Under the pieces are notes generated by a model. That model was not told where the DNA came from. It made no database searches and worked only from the letters and a program-made list of their open reading frames with translations. From Octopus sinensis (taxonomy: Eukaryota), in assembly GCF_006345805.1 (NCBI RefSeq), contig NC_043019.1:10105360-10169359 (forward strand): a stretch of 64,000 nt of DNA, in the 5' to 3' direction. Position numbers and translations under genes: made by a program. Each line of letters starts with the position of its first letter. The stretch's first letter is position 1. This document shows, in pieces, positions 12,873 to 24,600 of the stretch.

Positions 12873-13260
12873 TTGGAGAGGGAAGTGCTATCTCCCAGTT
12901 AAATTGTGAAAAGATGGGTGACTGTGGCAAAAATGGTTAATGGTCCTACTCTAAATATACACCTGTAGATGAGCAGGAGAGAGGGTTCATACTTTTGGTG
13001 GTCAGGGTAATCCGGGATCTGTGGGGTTCCTTGATTGGTCTTAGCTGGAGTTTCTCCTGTACCAGGAGGACTGCATCATTCATGTTATGACATACTTTGT
13101 ATATTATGCATACTTTTACCAGATTTCACTGCCTTTTGCATTTCTTTCCCTGCATCCTTTATGTAAATCCCTACACAAATTGTTCCCTATCCTTGTGATG
13201 CCTCCCTCATCTATACCCCTGTGGCTAATAAAATAAATTATCATTATTATTATTATTAGA
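12873..13260 (+). mobile_element. 5'-truncated Tx1/L1-like LINE 3' end
   Basis: EREVLSPS..VKRWVTVAKM C-terminus, similar to the reading at 62460-62520; 3' UTR ends cccctgtggctaataaaataa + (TTA)n. Confidence 0.6.
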
Positions 13261-14470
13261 GAGGTAAATTGGAAGAATTGGAAGAGTAGTGAATAAAATT
13301 CTTTGTAATATTTGGTTAAATTTATGTCCTGAGTTCAAATCCCACAAGAGCTGACTTTACTTTCATCTTGCCAGAGTTTTGTATGATAATTTTCTTCACA
13401 TCAAAAATGAAAGGCAGAAGAATTTGAACTCAGAACAGTCAAATCTCAGTGAAGTCAGTTTCGCCTTTCACCCGTTGGCTTTTTCATTGTCGTTACATTT
13501 CTGTCACAACTTCTGACAGAAATGTCACTCGATATTTTGAATGAGAGAATGTGGAATTTAAACTCAGAATGCACACAAATAGAACAGATACTAACAATTC
13601 AGCCAATCAACCACCATTGATTAATAATTTATTTATCATGAAAAGATGAAAACTGACTATGGCAGAACTTGAACTCAGAGCACAGACAGTTGGAACAAAT
13701 GCCACAAAACGTTCTAACTGATGCTTTAATATCTTTACCAATTCACTACCTTATGTATAACCATAAAAACCTATTAAGGAAATCACTGACTTGTTTCCTG
13801 CCACTGGCATTACACCATCCCCCTAAACAAGGCAACTCACAGGGACCCATTACCCTAATTCTAAATCAGGACTGATTATTAAGCAGTGAATACTGAGTTC
13901 AAGATCACCTTATGGGTCTGGAGAAGTTAATGTTGTTGTGTAACCCAGGTGAATCTTAACTAAGCAGATTTATGATCAAAGCCTTCCAATCATGACCATC
14001 CATTTTCGTATTTTCAAACATTATCCAATGTGTTATTTTTTCAAGACAAATGGAAGTAATCTGAAGTAGCTACTACTTCTAGCAGGTCAAATGACACTGC
14101 AGAGCAATGATTCTCAATGTCTTGTAGTTCAATGATCCCTTTCTTGGAGTAACATTTCACATATGCCTCACGCCCTATATTTTGTAATAAAAACAAATCA
14201 AACAGAATCAATAATTTTTTGCAGAGATTTATTATTCTACCCAGATATTTGCATAGACATGTAGTCCTTAATCTAAAATTTTACAGAAATTATTAAAGAA
14301 TGTGAAGATTTATACAACAAAATTATATTAGAATTTGAAGCATCAACAGTTACCTTTTGCTCACCAATAACATTAGGTTTTAACCATAATTCTAATCCTG
14401 GCAAATACTTTTTTTTGTTAAAAAATGCCTCCTATGTTTTGCATAGATAAAAAAAAAAAGCCTCACTTAC

Positions 14471-14535
14471 TGTACAAATAAAGGCCATGGCAGCATCTAA
14501 TTCTTCAACAGAAAATCGCATTTTCTTAGGAGGTG
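14471..14535 (-). CDS. ELAC2: ELAC2 exon 7
   Basis: cag|...ACA|gtaagt, 65 nt, (A)PPKKMRFSVEELDAAMAFICT. Confidence 0.92.
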
Positions 14536-15173
14536 CTGTAATGAAAGGGATCAAATATGTGAGAGAGAAGGGGGTGGGGGGCAGAAACTACATGAAAATG
14601 TCATGAAAAAGATAAATTAATAAGCAAAAACACATGAAGAACAATTTTAGAAGAGTGCAAGGGGCTGATTAGGGTGGAGAGGAGAAGAGATAAAAATAGG
14701 GATGATGAGATATTTTATGTGGACCCTCAAGATACAGGGCAAACAGAAGTTAATAAGAAAAGAAGAACCATCAATGTGGATGGGTCGCGATTGCAAGAGA
14801 ATATGGAAGAGTCGAGTGCAACGGTGAATATAATGAATGAACAAGTGTTAAGGGATACATAGAGGGGGTAGGGAAGATTAGGTGATGTTCAGCCCTTCTT
14901 CAAGCACCAATCATTCTCCATACTCTTCATTTATTCATACCAAGGTGAAGTTAAAAAACAACAGAAACTTTCTTATCTCCAGTGGTGCGTATGTTTGTGT
15001 GTGTATTTGAACTGAAAGATAAATAATGGTTTTACTTGATCATCCAGTTGCTATATCCTCACATAACAACAATGCCAATGTAAAAATGATAAAACAAATT
15101 TCATGGAGTAAAGTTTGAAATGTTTTAACAATTCTGGTTCCCTGAAAGTTGACAATGTTTAATTCTTTCTTAC

Positions 15174-15314
15174 CTGGGTCACTGTTTTCAGTCAAATTTT
15201 CTTTTAGTTTACACATCTTAACTCTTTCTGTTGCAATGGCATTTGGTAGAAGGGAAACATATTCTATCTTAAAAGCAGTGTCTTCATAAATGCCCATATC
15301 AGCTTCACGTTTTT
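15174..15314 (-). CDS. ELAC2: ELAC2 exon 6
   Basis: tag|...G|gtaaga, 141 nt, (E)KREADMGIYEDTAFKIEYVSLLP...ENSDP. Confidence 0.9.
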
Positions 15315-15451
15315 CTACACATAAAAAAAAAAGAAAGCATTGAAAGTACAAATAAAAATGATTTCTAACACTGACACAAGACCATAACAGATTGAAGAAG
15401 AGTAAAACTGAGTAGATTGATATAAAAAAGTAGATTTAGTAATAATAAATA

Positions 15452-16142
15452 TGAAATAATAATAATCTTTTCTACAAAAGGCAAAAGGCTTGAAATTTGG
15501 TGGGGAGGGGGATAGTCGATTACATCGACCCCAGTATTTGACTGGTATTTATTTCATCAACCCCAAAAAGCAGAAAGGTAAAGTCAACCTCAACGAAATT
15601 TGAACCCAGAATGTAAAGACAGATGAAATTACGGCTATGCATTTTGCCCTGTGTGCTAACGGATCTGCCACCTTATAAATAATAATAATAATAATCCTTT
15701 CTACAAAAGGCACAAGGCCTGAAATTTGGTGGAGGGGATAGTCAATTACATTGACCCCAGTACACAGCTGGTACTTATTTTATCAACCCTGAAAGGATGA
15801 AAGGTAAAACTGACCTCAGCAGAATTTGAACTCAGAACGTAGTGACAGATGAAATACCACTAAGCATTTCATCCAACATCTTAACAACTCTGCCATCTCA
15901 CCATCTTAGAAACAATAATAATGATCCTTTCTACTAAAAGCACAAGGCCTGAAATGTTGAGCAAGGGGACAAGTCAATTACACTGACCCCCCAGTGTTTC
16001 ACTGGTACTTGATTTATCACCCCTGAAAGGATGAAAAGCAAAGTTGACCTTGGAGGAATTTGATCTCAGAACTTAATGATGGGTGAAATTCCGCTGAGCA
16101 TTTCATCCAGCATCTTAACAACTCTGCCAGCTCACCATCTTA
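15452..16142 (-). mobile_element. Array of three family-A SINEs on the minus strand
   Basis: Three successive reverse-complement copies, each separated by (AAT)n. Confidence 0.9.
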
Positions 16143-17056
16143 TAATAAATAGCAATAAGAAGAAGAAGATGTTTGTAGTTCACTTGAAGTATCAGAAGTA
16201 AAAAGATGAATGAAATGAGAAATAAGGAAAGCTGCTAACACTGCAGAAAGCTTTTAAATCCTTTATATTCTGGGCACAAAAGCCTTTTCTCAAAAGAATA
16301 CAGTTAAAAAAATGTGTATTTACATAGATCCTGCCATTTTGGATATCCCAGATCAGCAATTTTAAGAGGAGGGGTTAGAAAATATGGTTCCTCATTAATC
16401 AAGGATCACTCAATCCATTTCCATCCATTTTTATTACTAATGCTCCTCAAGACCACATTTATTTCCTCCTTTAATGAAATAATATTAAGAAGTATATTCT
16501 GATCTGGAGAGGAATATTTCTGCCAAGCTGACATACCTTAAGATATCCAATATATTAAATGGAGATAAATTTTTCACAAGTCTTTCTAATGTCTTTTTTA
16601 TTTTTTGTAGTAGTTTTTAACAGAATGATGCTGAGGAAAAAGTTTTGGCATTCACAAACTGCTAGAAATAGCAATCAAATCTCCCTCAAACCACTAATAT
16701 GATCTCGAGTTCCCTGTGCATAAAAAAAAGATAGGACAGTTATGGCTGGAATGCCTTTGATTACTTGTTGGATCAACCAGTGTTAACCTGGGGTTAAACA
16801 TGATATACAAGAGAGATGAGAGAGAGAATTTAGGAAAAATAGAGAAGCGGTAGAGACAACTGATATTGTGTCAAGTCAGATGAAATCTGGATTACTAAAA
16901 GAGGTTGAATCTGAGAAAGTTCTAACTCATCAGAAGATGGCAAACACCAACAGGATTAATTTTTGTGTGGTCAATGTCTTCATTCTACATTATCAGCTTA
17001 TTTGTTGACCACTTTCATCACAGAAATTTCAATGAATATATTATAACCAACCTTAC

Positions 17057-17111
17057 CTATACAGATATTTGAATTCTCTGCAAAACTTTTGGCCATTCGA
17101 ATTGATTGTTC
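17057..17111 (-). CDS. ELAC2: ELAC2 exon 5
   Basis: tag|...G|gtaagg, 55 nt, EQSIRMAKSFAENSNICI; phase 0->1 fits both neighbours. Confidence 0.88.
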
Positions 17112-17966
17112 CTAATGAAAAGAAGGTAAACATAGACATAAGGAAAACAAATAAAAGGTTTTAAATTTGAATAAAAAGTATAATTACATTTCATTTCAGT
17201 TAAAGACATGAGATAACAATGAAGATAACAAAAAAAGAAAAAGAAATGAGATGTTTCTAAAGAGTTGCTAAAGTTTGGATTTTTCAGTGTAATGAGGACA
17301 AAATATATTGATGTCTTATTTTGGAACATTGTAAGAAAGCAGAAGAAGGAATAACAAAAGGAATTAGATTCATCAAAAGAGCTAAAAGATTGATATGCAA
17401 GTAGCAAGTTGTGAGGAGCTGAGACTTTAGTACTAAAGTGATTCCAGCCATGGTAAACAGCCAAAAGTGGAATATACCTCACAATGATGACTTCAGCTAA
17501 AAGTCTTCAGTGATAAAAACCATTAACATCTTTGGCATCACCTCTGCTTCCATAACACAAACCCACTAATTTTAAAGAATTCATATTTAAATGGAAACCT
17601 TTCATCGTAATTTTATGAAAAATCTTTTTGTTAAGTCATGTCCTAAACATTAGTTTAATAATTAAAAAAATAACTATTTCACTAAATCCTCCAAATTCTT
17701 GATTATTTCCAAATTTAATTGAAACATGTAAAACAGTATATTTTATTAGAAATATAGTCATGAAAGAGCTAAGAGATATTTTATTTCATTTTATTGAGTC
17801 CATCACTTGTCAGATATTATTTTGTAGCAGTGTATCAGATTGACAAGCACCAGAGTCCAATCAAAATATTTTAGAATCCAAAAGGACCAGCAATTCTGCC
17901 AGATATAAATTCCATTGGAATAGAAGAGAAATTTTTTATTAGATGCAGCATAAAATTCCATCTTAC

Positions 17967-18031
17967 CACTTTAAGAGGCCCATGAACTGTGATCTTAGGT
18001 ACATTAATTGCTTCAAGAGTCAGGGCTAAAC
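17967..18031 (-). CDS. ELAC2: ELAC2 exon 4
   Basis: tag|...GTG|gtaaga, 65 nt, (G)LALTLEAINVPKITVHGPLKV. Confidence 0.95.
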
Positions 18032-18569
18032 CTAAAAATATAAGAAAAAATATTCTGAAGTGTTCCTTACAGTACACTGATCTATTTAGACTAGTGTTTT
18101 TATCTTGGTTGTTCAAGTCACAAACTATCAACCATTGCACCCTTCAGCCTTCTTCAGGGATCTCTCATATTTGATAATGTTCTCATTCCATTATACATGC
18201 GAGGGAGATTTCGTATTATGATGTCGGTTACAAGCTCACACTGCATAAACCAAAGTGTTTGAAATTCTAAGAACATTACCAAATACAAGAGGCACCTGAA
18301 GAAAACCAGAGAATACAACAGTCAAAATGCTGTCACTATAAAAACTAAGATGGTGATACTAACATGAATAAATCAGCATATAATATTGATAACTCATCTC
18401 AGAAATTTAGAGAAAAATTAAAATGCTCACATTTTAAATTAAAATCTTAATCAAAAGCTAACTGAACAATGAATTCCAATTAGAATTCTGGGATTCCAGT
18501 AGGTCAAACACTAGCACTACCACATCTTCATGATTCAGTTCTATATTTAAGAGATAAGGAATTATGTAC

Positions 18570-18731
18570 ATTATTTACAATTGACAGATATTTGTCCGCA
18601 ACTTGTTTTTTGTTAATACAACATTTCAGCTGATATACCCTCCAGCCTTCATCAAGACACCTGCTGAAGGCTGGAGGGTATATCAGCCGAAATGTTGTGT
18701 TAACAACAAATATCCGTCAATTGTAAATAAT
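18570..18731. repeat. ~160-bp palindrome carrying two decayed hammerhead-like motifs
   Basis: Arms are reverse complements around a ~13-nt centre; plus-strand arm reads AGACAC-CTGCTGA-AGGCTG..CAGCC-GAAAT-GTT-GTGTT. Confidence 0.75.
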
Positions 18732-19167
18732 TGATTGTCATTGTTTTTTTTTATGCCTGCTTTTCCATGCTAAGTCAGATATATTTTTCTTGAGGAAGCA
18801 TTTTACAGCTGGATGTCCTAGACACCAACCCATTTAGTTGCTTCATACAACACTCAGGAATTCAGGGTACTTCTGTGTCAGGTAGCTTGATCCAGATGTT
18901 GGTGTAGACCAAATGGATCTCCTTGGCATAACCAAAATGGATCTTTCAGTCAGGGACTTGGCATGAGGCAGAGAGCTACAGCAATCCAAACATTTGCTAT
19001 GGATTGGATGGTGAAGAAAACATATGCAGAAAAAGAATTCTAGAGTCATAATTCTTGTCTAGGCAGATTGAAACATGTATCCAGCATATATGAAACACAG
19101 TTTGTTTTTTTTCCAGAAAAAATAACATGAATTCAGAATACATAAATCTAAAAATGGTTCCACATAC

Positions 19168-19238
19168 CAAGAAGGCCTCCAATATTGTTCCAGCTATTAT
19201 GCGTTATGAAAACATTCTCTAACCGTGATAACTTAAAT
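19168..19238 (-). CDS. ELAC2: ELAC2 exon 3
   Basis: aag|...G|gtatgt, 71 nt, (K)FKLSRLENVFITHNSWNNIGGLL(G). Confidence 0.95.
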
Positions 19239-19639
19239 CTTTCAAAAAGAAGAAGAAAAAAAAAAGAAAATGAAACATTAGAAAGCAAATTGCAAAACAG
19301 CAGAACAAAGACATAATATTTTGGCAACTAAGAAATTCAGTTTCAAAAACAACAACATTGAAAATTATCATAATCCAGCCAAATCCCACCAGTTTCATCT
19401 GAAAGTAGTTTACATCTTTATAGAAATGTTTATGGCATTACTTCTAATGTTTCCAGTAGTCTCAATTTTATCCTGTTGTATCTTGGTGATCTACAGAAGT
19501 AACACTATTTTCTATGTATATTCATAATGCAAATGCCTCTAAAGCTACAAAGGACTTGTGAAGACCATCAAATACTGCAGTTAAAATACCTTTTTACACT
19601 TAAGTAAGTCTTCATTATTCAGTTCACCTATTGCAGAAC

Positions 19640-20010
19640 TTCTCCTTCAGGTTCCATGTCCAGAATGTAGGACATAGGTGATCATGTACTACTATAATTC
19701 TGTTCTTTGTTTTCTGTAACAGTTCCATATCTTGAGTGTTAACGAGTCTTTCTTCCAACTCGTTCATCAAGCTTGAAATCCATGTCCTCCTTCTCCCTCC
19801 TCTGCTTTTTTCCTTTCAATCTTTCCATTCATCGCTGATTCTCTAGGACCACTTTAGTTGCTTGGCCCTTATCTCATGCAGCAGTTTCCTGCTGGAGATA
19901 ACATTTCTAAAAGCTATCTGCAATACTCTATGATCCTATCCCAGAAGGAGATTTACCTCTCGTCTTTTTTAAGCCCTGGTCTGCAAATGCTCTTTCTAGC
20001 TTTAGAGATA
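19640..20010 (-). mobile_element. RTE-clade LINE 3' fragment
   Basis: Degenerate RT C-terminal and G.RRRGR.R.TW-like region. Confidence 0.5.
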
Positions 20011-21249
20011 GTTACATTACAATTATACATAGAAAATAGCATTATTTCTGATGATCACAAAGGTATGACAAGATAGAGCTGAGACTAACAGAGAAAAGAT
20101 GTCTTCTTCTGTATCAAGAAAATACAATTAAGTGAACATTGGCAAAGTTTAGCATTCAGATTACTCTGTGAAATGTAATGCATATTTATTCATGTTGTTT
20201 GGAATTAATCACGCATTATCTTGTAGCTTCAAGATTTTGATGATGTGATTGTTTATTTTTAGAATGACATTTCTAAAAATAGAGTGACCAGTTTCAACAT
20301 AAAACCGGTACAAGATTTGGATTGGATTTGGCTGTTTTAAATGTGAAAAGCTTAATTGTAATCTGAGATAAACAAACTGAAGCATTGAGCCCTAATTTTA
20401 TGGAGAATTAAATAAATGGTACCAAACTATCAGAATTTTTCTACTACTAAGACATTATTTTTATTAATAACTACATAAGATAAAGCATAAAAATATTAGA
20501 ACTTAACCCTTTCATGATAATTTTTCAAAATGAGCAGACCATTTCTGTGTTCAATAAATGATACTGACTAAATCCAATCTCCCAATTTCCAGTACCATAA
20601 TGCAAGCAGGAATAGGATTGGAAATTATTTTATGCTGGAAACATAACAGCTTTTGTTTTTTTCCATCAAAAAAATCCTTAAAGGTACCTAATACTTTTGA
20701 AGTACAAGTACAGTGTTGTTGAATAGTTAAGAAATTTGCTTTGCAACCATCCTAATTTCATTTCCACTGCATGGCGTCTTGGGCAAATATCATTTGCCTC
20801 CAGTCAACCCATACCTGTGAGTGAAATTGGAGAGATAGAAACTGCAGAAAATCCTGCTGGGCAGATTGTATCCATAATCCAAAAGGAACAGCTTTGCCAC
20901 ATACTGTCTAATACTGATTACGGCTGAGAATTAAATTCAGTATACAAAATGTCTGGGGAATACTCAGCTACTTATTAAGGCGCAGGTAATTTAGTTCATT
21001 AAATGAGTAAACTCTCATCTTAAGTGATGGAGATTCCCCACAAACCATACTTGAGGAAACACTTTTTGTCCTTTTTGCTCCCTACAAATGTTTAATGGTA
21101 CACATAAAATATAAATTTCCAAAAGTGAGGAGGGACAGTCACTGAATGGTGCTTTATTTCATGAAATCCCTAAGGATGAAAGGAGAAGTCAACCTTGATG
21201 GGATTGACATTCAAAAACAAATTTATAAAAAAGAAAAAGATACACTTAC

Positions 21250-21300
21250 TTATGTTCTGATGCAATCCTCTGAGTTCCTTCACCACAATTAAATAAATAT
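21250..21300 (-). CDS. ELAC2: ELAC2 exon 2
   Basis: tag|ATAT...AA|gtaagt, 51 nt, (R)YLFNCGEGTQRIASEH(K), the conserved ELAC2 N-domain motif. Confidence 0.95.
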
Positions 21301-22359
21301 CTACATTCAAAAGATTAAAAAAAAAAAAATACAGTAAAAGAATTATCATAAAGCAGATTCAATGGCCAAGTAAATGAACTACCAGAAATTTTCTAAACCA
21401 TTAGCTTCAATATTTGTAGATGAGCAGAACAATATGTAGAAAATTAGAGTTTAGCCTCTCAAATGACTATATTTAAAAATGAATAAACTGCTTAATACAA
21501 GCAAGATTTTGGAAGAGTTTAGTGAAATATCTAACTTTATACATATCACTGAATGTCATCAGTTTATAGTTTGATCAGTAATGTTCTACATGGCTGACTT
21601 TAGCCTTAAGGATGAAAGAAGAGCAAGAATTTGTGGGCTGTAGAGGGTAGCAGAGAATGTTTCTTCAGAGATATAGTAGAGACATGTGAATGAAAAACCA
21701 AAGCTGAAGATAAGTCCAACAGGTAATAAAATAGTTGCTGCATGACTGAAAATGTTACAACTACACTTGATGTGGTGTAGTGATGTTTGCATGGATAACA
21801 GGAGAAACAGAACACAACTGAAGGTGAGCAAAAAAAAAATTAAAAAATAAAAAAAAAAAGAGACAGGCAATTGTTGGTGGCATCAATGATGCTCAGCATC
21901 ACTGGAAAAAGCAATACTGTTGAAAGGTGGCAACATCATGGAGGTCTCTAGTGAAAAGCAGATAAAGAAAATAAATGTCCAACTTCAAGGTGTATGTGAA
22001 ATAAAATGTGATGTTAACCAACTAATATCTTTTATACTCTATGTCATTCAAGAGTTGACTAAACAAGTACCAAACCTGTAAAGCATTAATTTAATTCACA
22101 CCTCAACTGATAATGTGTGGCTGTATGCTAAGGTGTGTAACCAGTTGTTTTCTAGAGAAGAGGAGTTGATTTAATCAACTATACCCTCTTCAAGCTAAAT
22201 TTCAGCCATGAGTCTAAATCTGCTTCTCCCCAAATTTGTGGTTTTGTACTTAAATTTGAAATGATTATAACTGATGTCTAACACCAACAGACAGTCACTC
22301 ATTTTGGATGCAGGTATAATCAATCCCAGCATTTGGTTAATATTTTATTTTACCAAGGC

Positions 22360-22545
22360 AGAAACATTAGCATGCTGGGCAAAATGCTTAGTGATATTTT
22401 GTCTGGCTTTATGTTCTGAGTTCAAATTCCACCAAGGTCAACTTTGCCTTTCATCTTTTCAGGGTACCAGTTGCACACTGGGGTTGATCTAACTGACTGG
22501 CCTCCTCCCCAAAAATTCCGGGCCTTGAACCTAGAGTAGAAAAGA
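22360..22545 (+). mobile_element. Family-A SINE (diverged)
   Basis: ggcagaaacattagcatg...ttctgagttcaaatt...ccccaaaattccgggccttg. Confidence 0.75.
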
Positions 22546-24030
22546 ATATTTTATCTTACCAACCTAGAAAGAGTGGAAGACAAATTTAACTTTGATGCAA
22601 TTTGAATTTTGAAATGTAAAAGGCTGTAACTAAAAACATCAAGGAATTTTGTCCAATGCCCAGCTCTGTTGAGGACATCAACAATTTTTTGGTTCATAAC
22701 TCTGCTGAACACAGTTTAAAATTTTAGTCAAGATGCCCATGAAGAAGTTTGCACTTGTCATCAGCAATGTGGTCGGGCATGTACAGATCTAACTGATTCC
22801 TGGTAGCCACCCACAACCTCCAACAAAGTAACCAGTGGTTTCTGTTACAGACCTGAGCTGACCAAAGCCTTGCGAATGGATTTGGTTGACAGAAACAGAA
22901 AGCCCACTGTGTGTGCGTGTGTTTGTATGTCCACCACCACTCCTTGACAACCAGTGGTGGTTTGTAAGTCCTGGTGGGGATAGATTTGTTTGACTAAAAC
23001 CGTTCAACGTGGTGCCCCTGCAGGGCTGCACTTATTCTCTTTGAATCTCAACATCACTGGGATCGATGTGGCAGTGGCCTTTACAAACATTCAGTTGTTA
23101 TATTGTGAGAATTTCATCGATCCAGATGTTGAGGAAAGTCACACAGAATATCGAATGTTTATAGAATCGAATGAAATGAAATTTTGAAAGAATCTTTGAT
23201 ACTCGAGATGATAAACAATTCAATCATATATTTCGAGATTTCTGTGGCGCAAAGTAACGAGAAAAAAAATTGCATCATTCCTCGTCATTAATACTTCTAA
23301 ATTACCTAAGTGTTTTTTTTCTTTTTCTTGCTTTAAATCTGGTTTTAAAACGAAGTTGTAAGTATCGCAGTTATGTATCATTACAACTTAAAATTAGTGT
23401 TTTTAAGCGAAAGTAAAGATCACATACACCTGGTGGTTAGGGTTAGGTTTAGTGGGGGGGGGGGTCACGCCGAACAGGTATTCTTTACCTCTGCCACTTT
23501 TTATAAAGTTGTTTCTACGCTTTCGTTTACCTTATTCTACCTTAAGATTAATGGGGGGGTTTGTCACTGCCGTTTCTAATGAAATATTTATAAGTTTACT
23601 AAATGTTTGTGTTCTATAAAACCTATTTGGTTTTCGTCTCGGCATTTCGGGTACACTTCATATTTTCTCGAAATTACTCCGCAATCTTCGAAACCAATCG
23701 CAGACTAAAGGCAGCATTTAATTAAATTGTTTCTGTTAAATGTGAACCTTTACATTACGACTAAGTACGGCCTTCCTACATCCATAAAGGAAATATGGAG
23801 CTCAACTGAAGTGGATAGAAAGACACAGAAATATATTTAGTGTGTATAAAAAAAAATCAAACTCTACCACCAAAGACTCTGTAAAACTACAGTTTAATGT
23901 GTCCCTACCGTTTTAAAAGAGTAAGGTGTGATAGTAGGTTGATTTGGCTGTTATTTCTAAAAGGTTGAGCGATTGTGTAGAGACTCCAAGGTTGTTATTG
24001 CGAGCAATTAGTTAGAATTCCTTTACTTAC

Positions 24031-24317
24031 CGCACATGATCCGTTGACAGTATTACAGAGCGGGGTGTACCATAACCACCGCTACCAATAACCTCCAACT
24101 CTATTTTGCCAGGAATTGGTAATTTCCCTCCGATCTGCTCCCTGTAACGCACATGTCGAAGCTTCTCCTTCGTCGTCTGGGCTTTTGGCATCTCCTGAAG
24201 GAGTCGTTTTACTTTGTTTGCGCTGGCACGAGAATGGTAGGCTGTTAACACTGATGGCGAAGGGAAAAAGTATGTAGGTTTGGCAATTTTCCAAACTGGG
24301 AATATCAATATATTCAT
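24031..24317 (-). CDS. ELAC2: ELAC2/RNase Z(L) coding exon 1
   Basis: ATG at 24317; encodes a basic/hydroxylated presequence-like N-terminus, then KEKLRHVRYRE...LEVIGSGGYGTPRSVILSTDHVR; donor CG|GTAAGT; joins in phase with exon 2 (R-YLFNCGEG). Confidence 0.93.
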
Positions 24318-24384
24318 TTGTAAGTTATAACTTCGAAAAGAAGATTCATGTCAACAACAGAAGAACATCGTGGATGGACGACAT
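24314..24384 (-). promoter_or_regulatory. uORF cluster upstream of the ELAC2 start
   Basis: uORFs 24384->24346 (12 aa), 24349->24314 (11 aa) and 24368->24351 (5 aa); the first two end in ATGA overlaps. Whether they lie in the mRNA is unknown. Confidence 0.4.
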
Positions 24385-24600
24385 TGAGTCAAGGGACGTA
24401 ACTCTCGTTGACTTATCACTTTACGAAAAAGTCAGAGTTGCACCTCGGAACACATTTTACATAAACTATTATTGTTTATTATTGTTGGTAGTTATTCTAA
24501 AATTCTAATTATATATAAAACTAGATGACTATACATAACGTCTGCACGACCGCGAGAAAATAATAGGTTTTAACCATAAAATGATGTAATATTTCACGAT

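Noticed and set aside
17478-17560. ATGATGA resembling a snoRNA C box
   Set aside because: Antisense to the host gene, no terminal CTGA D box or closing stem found.
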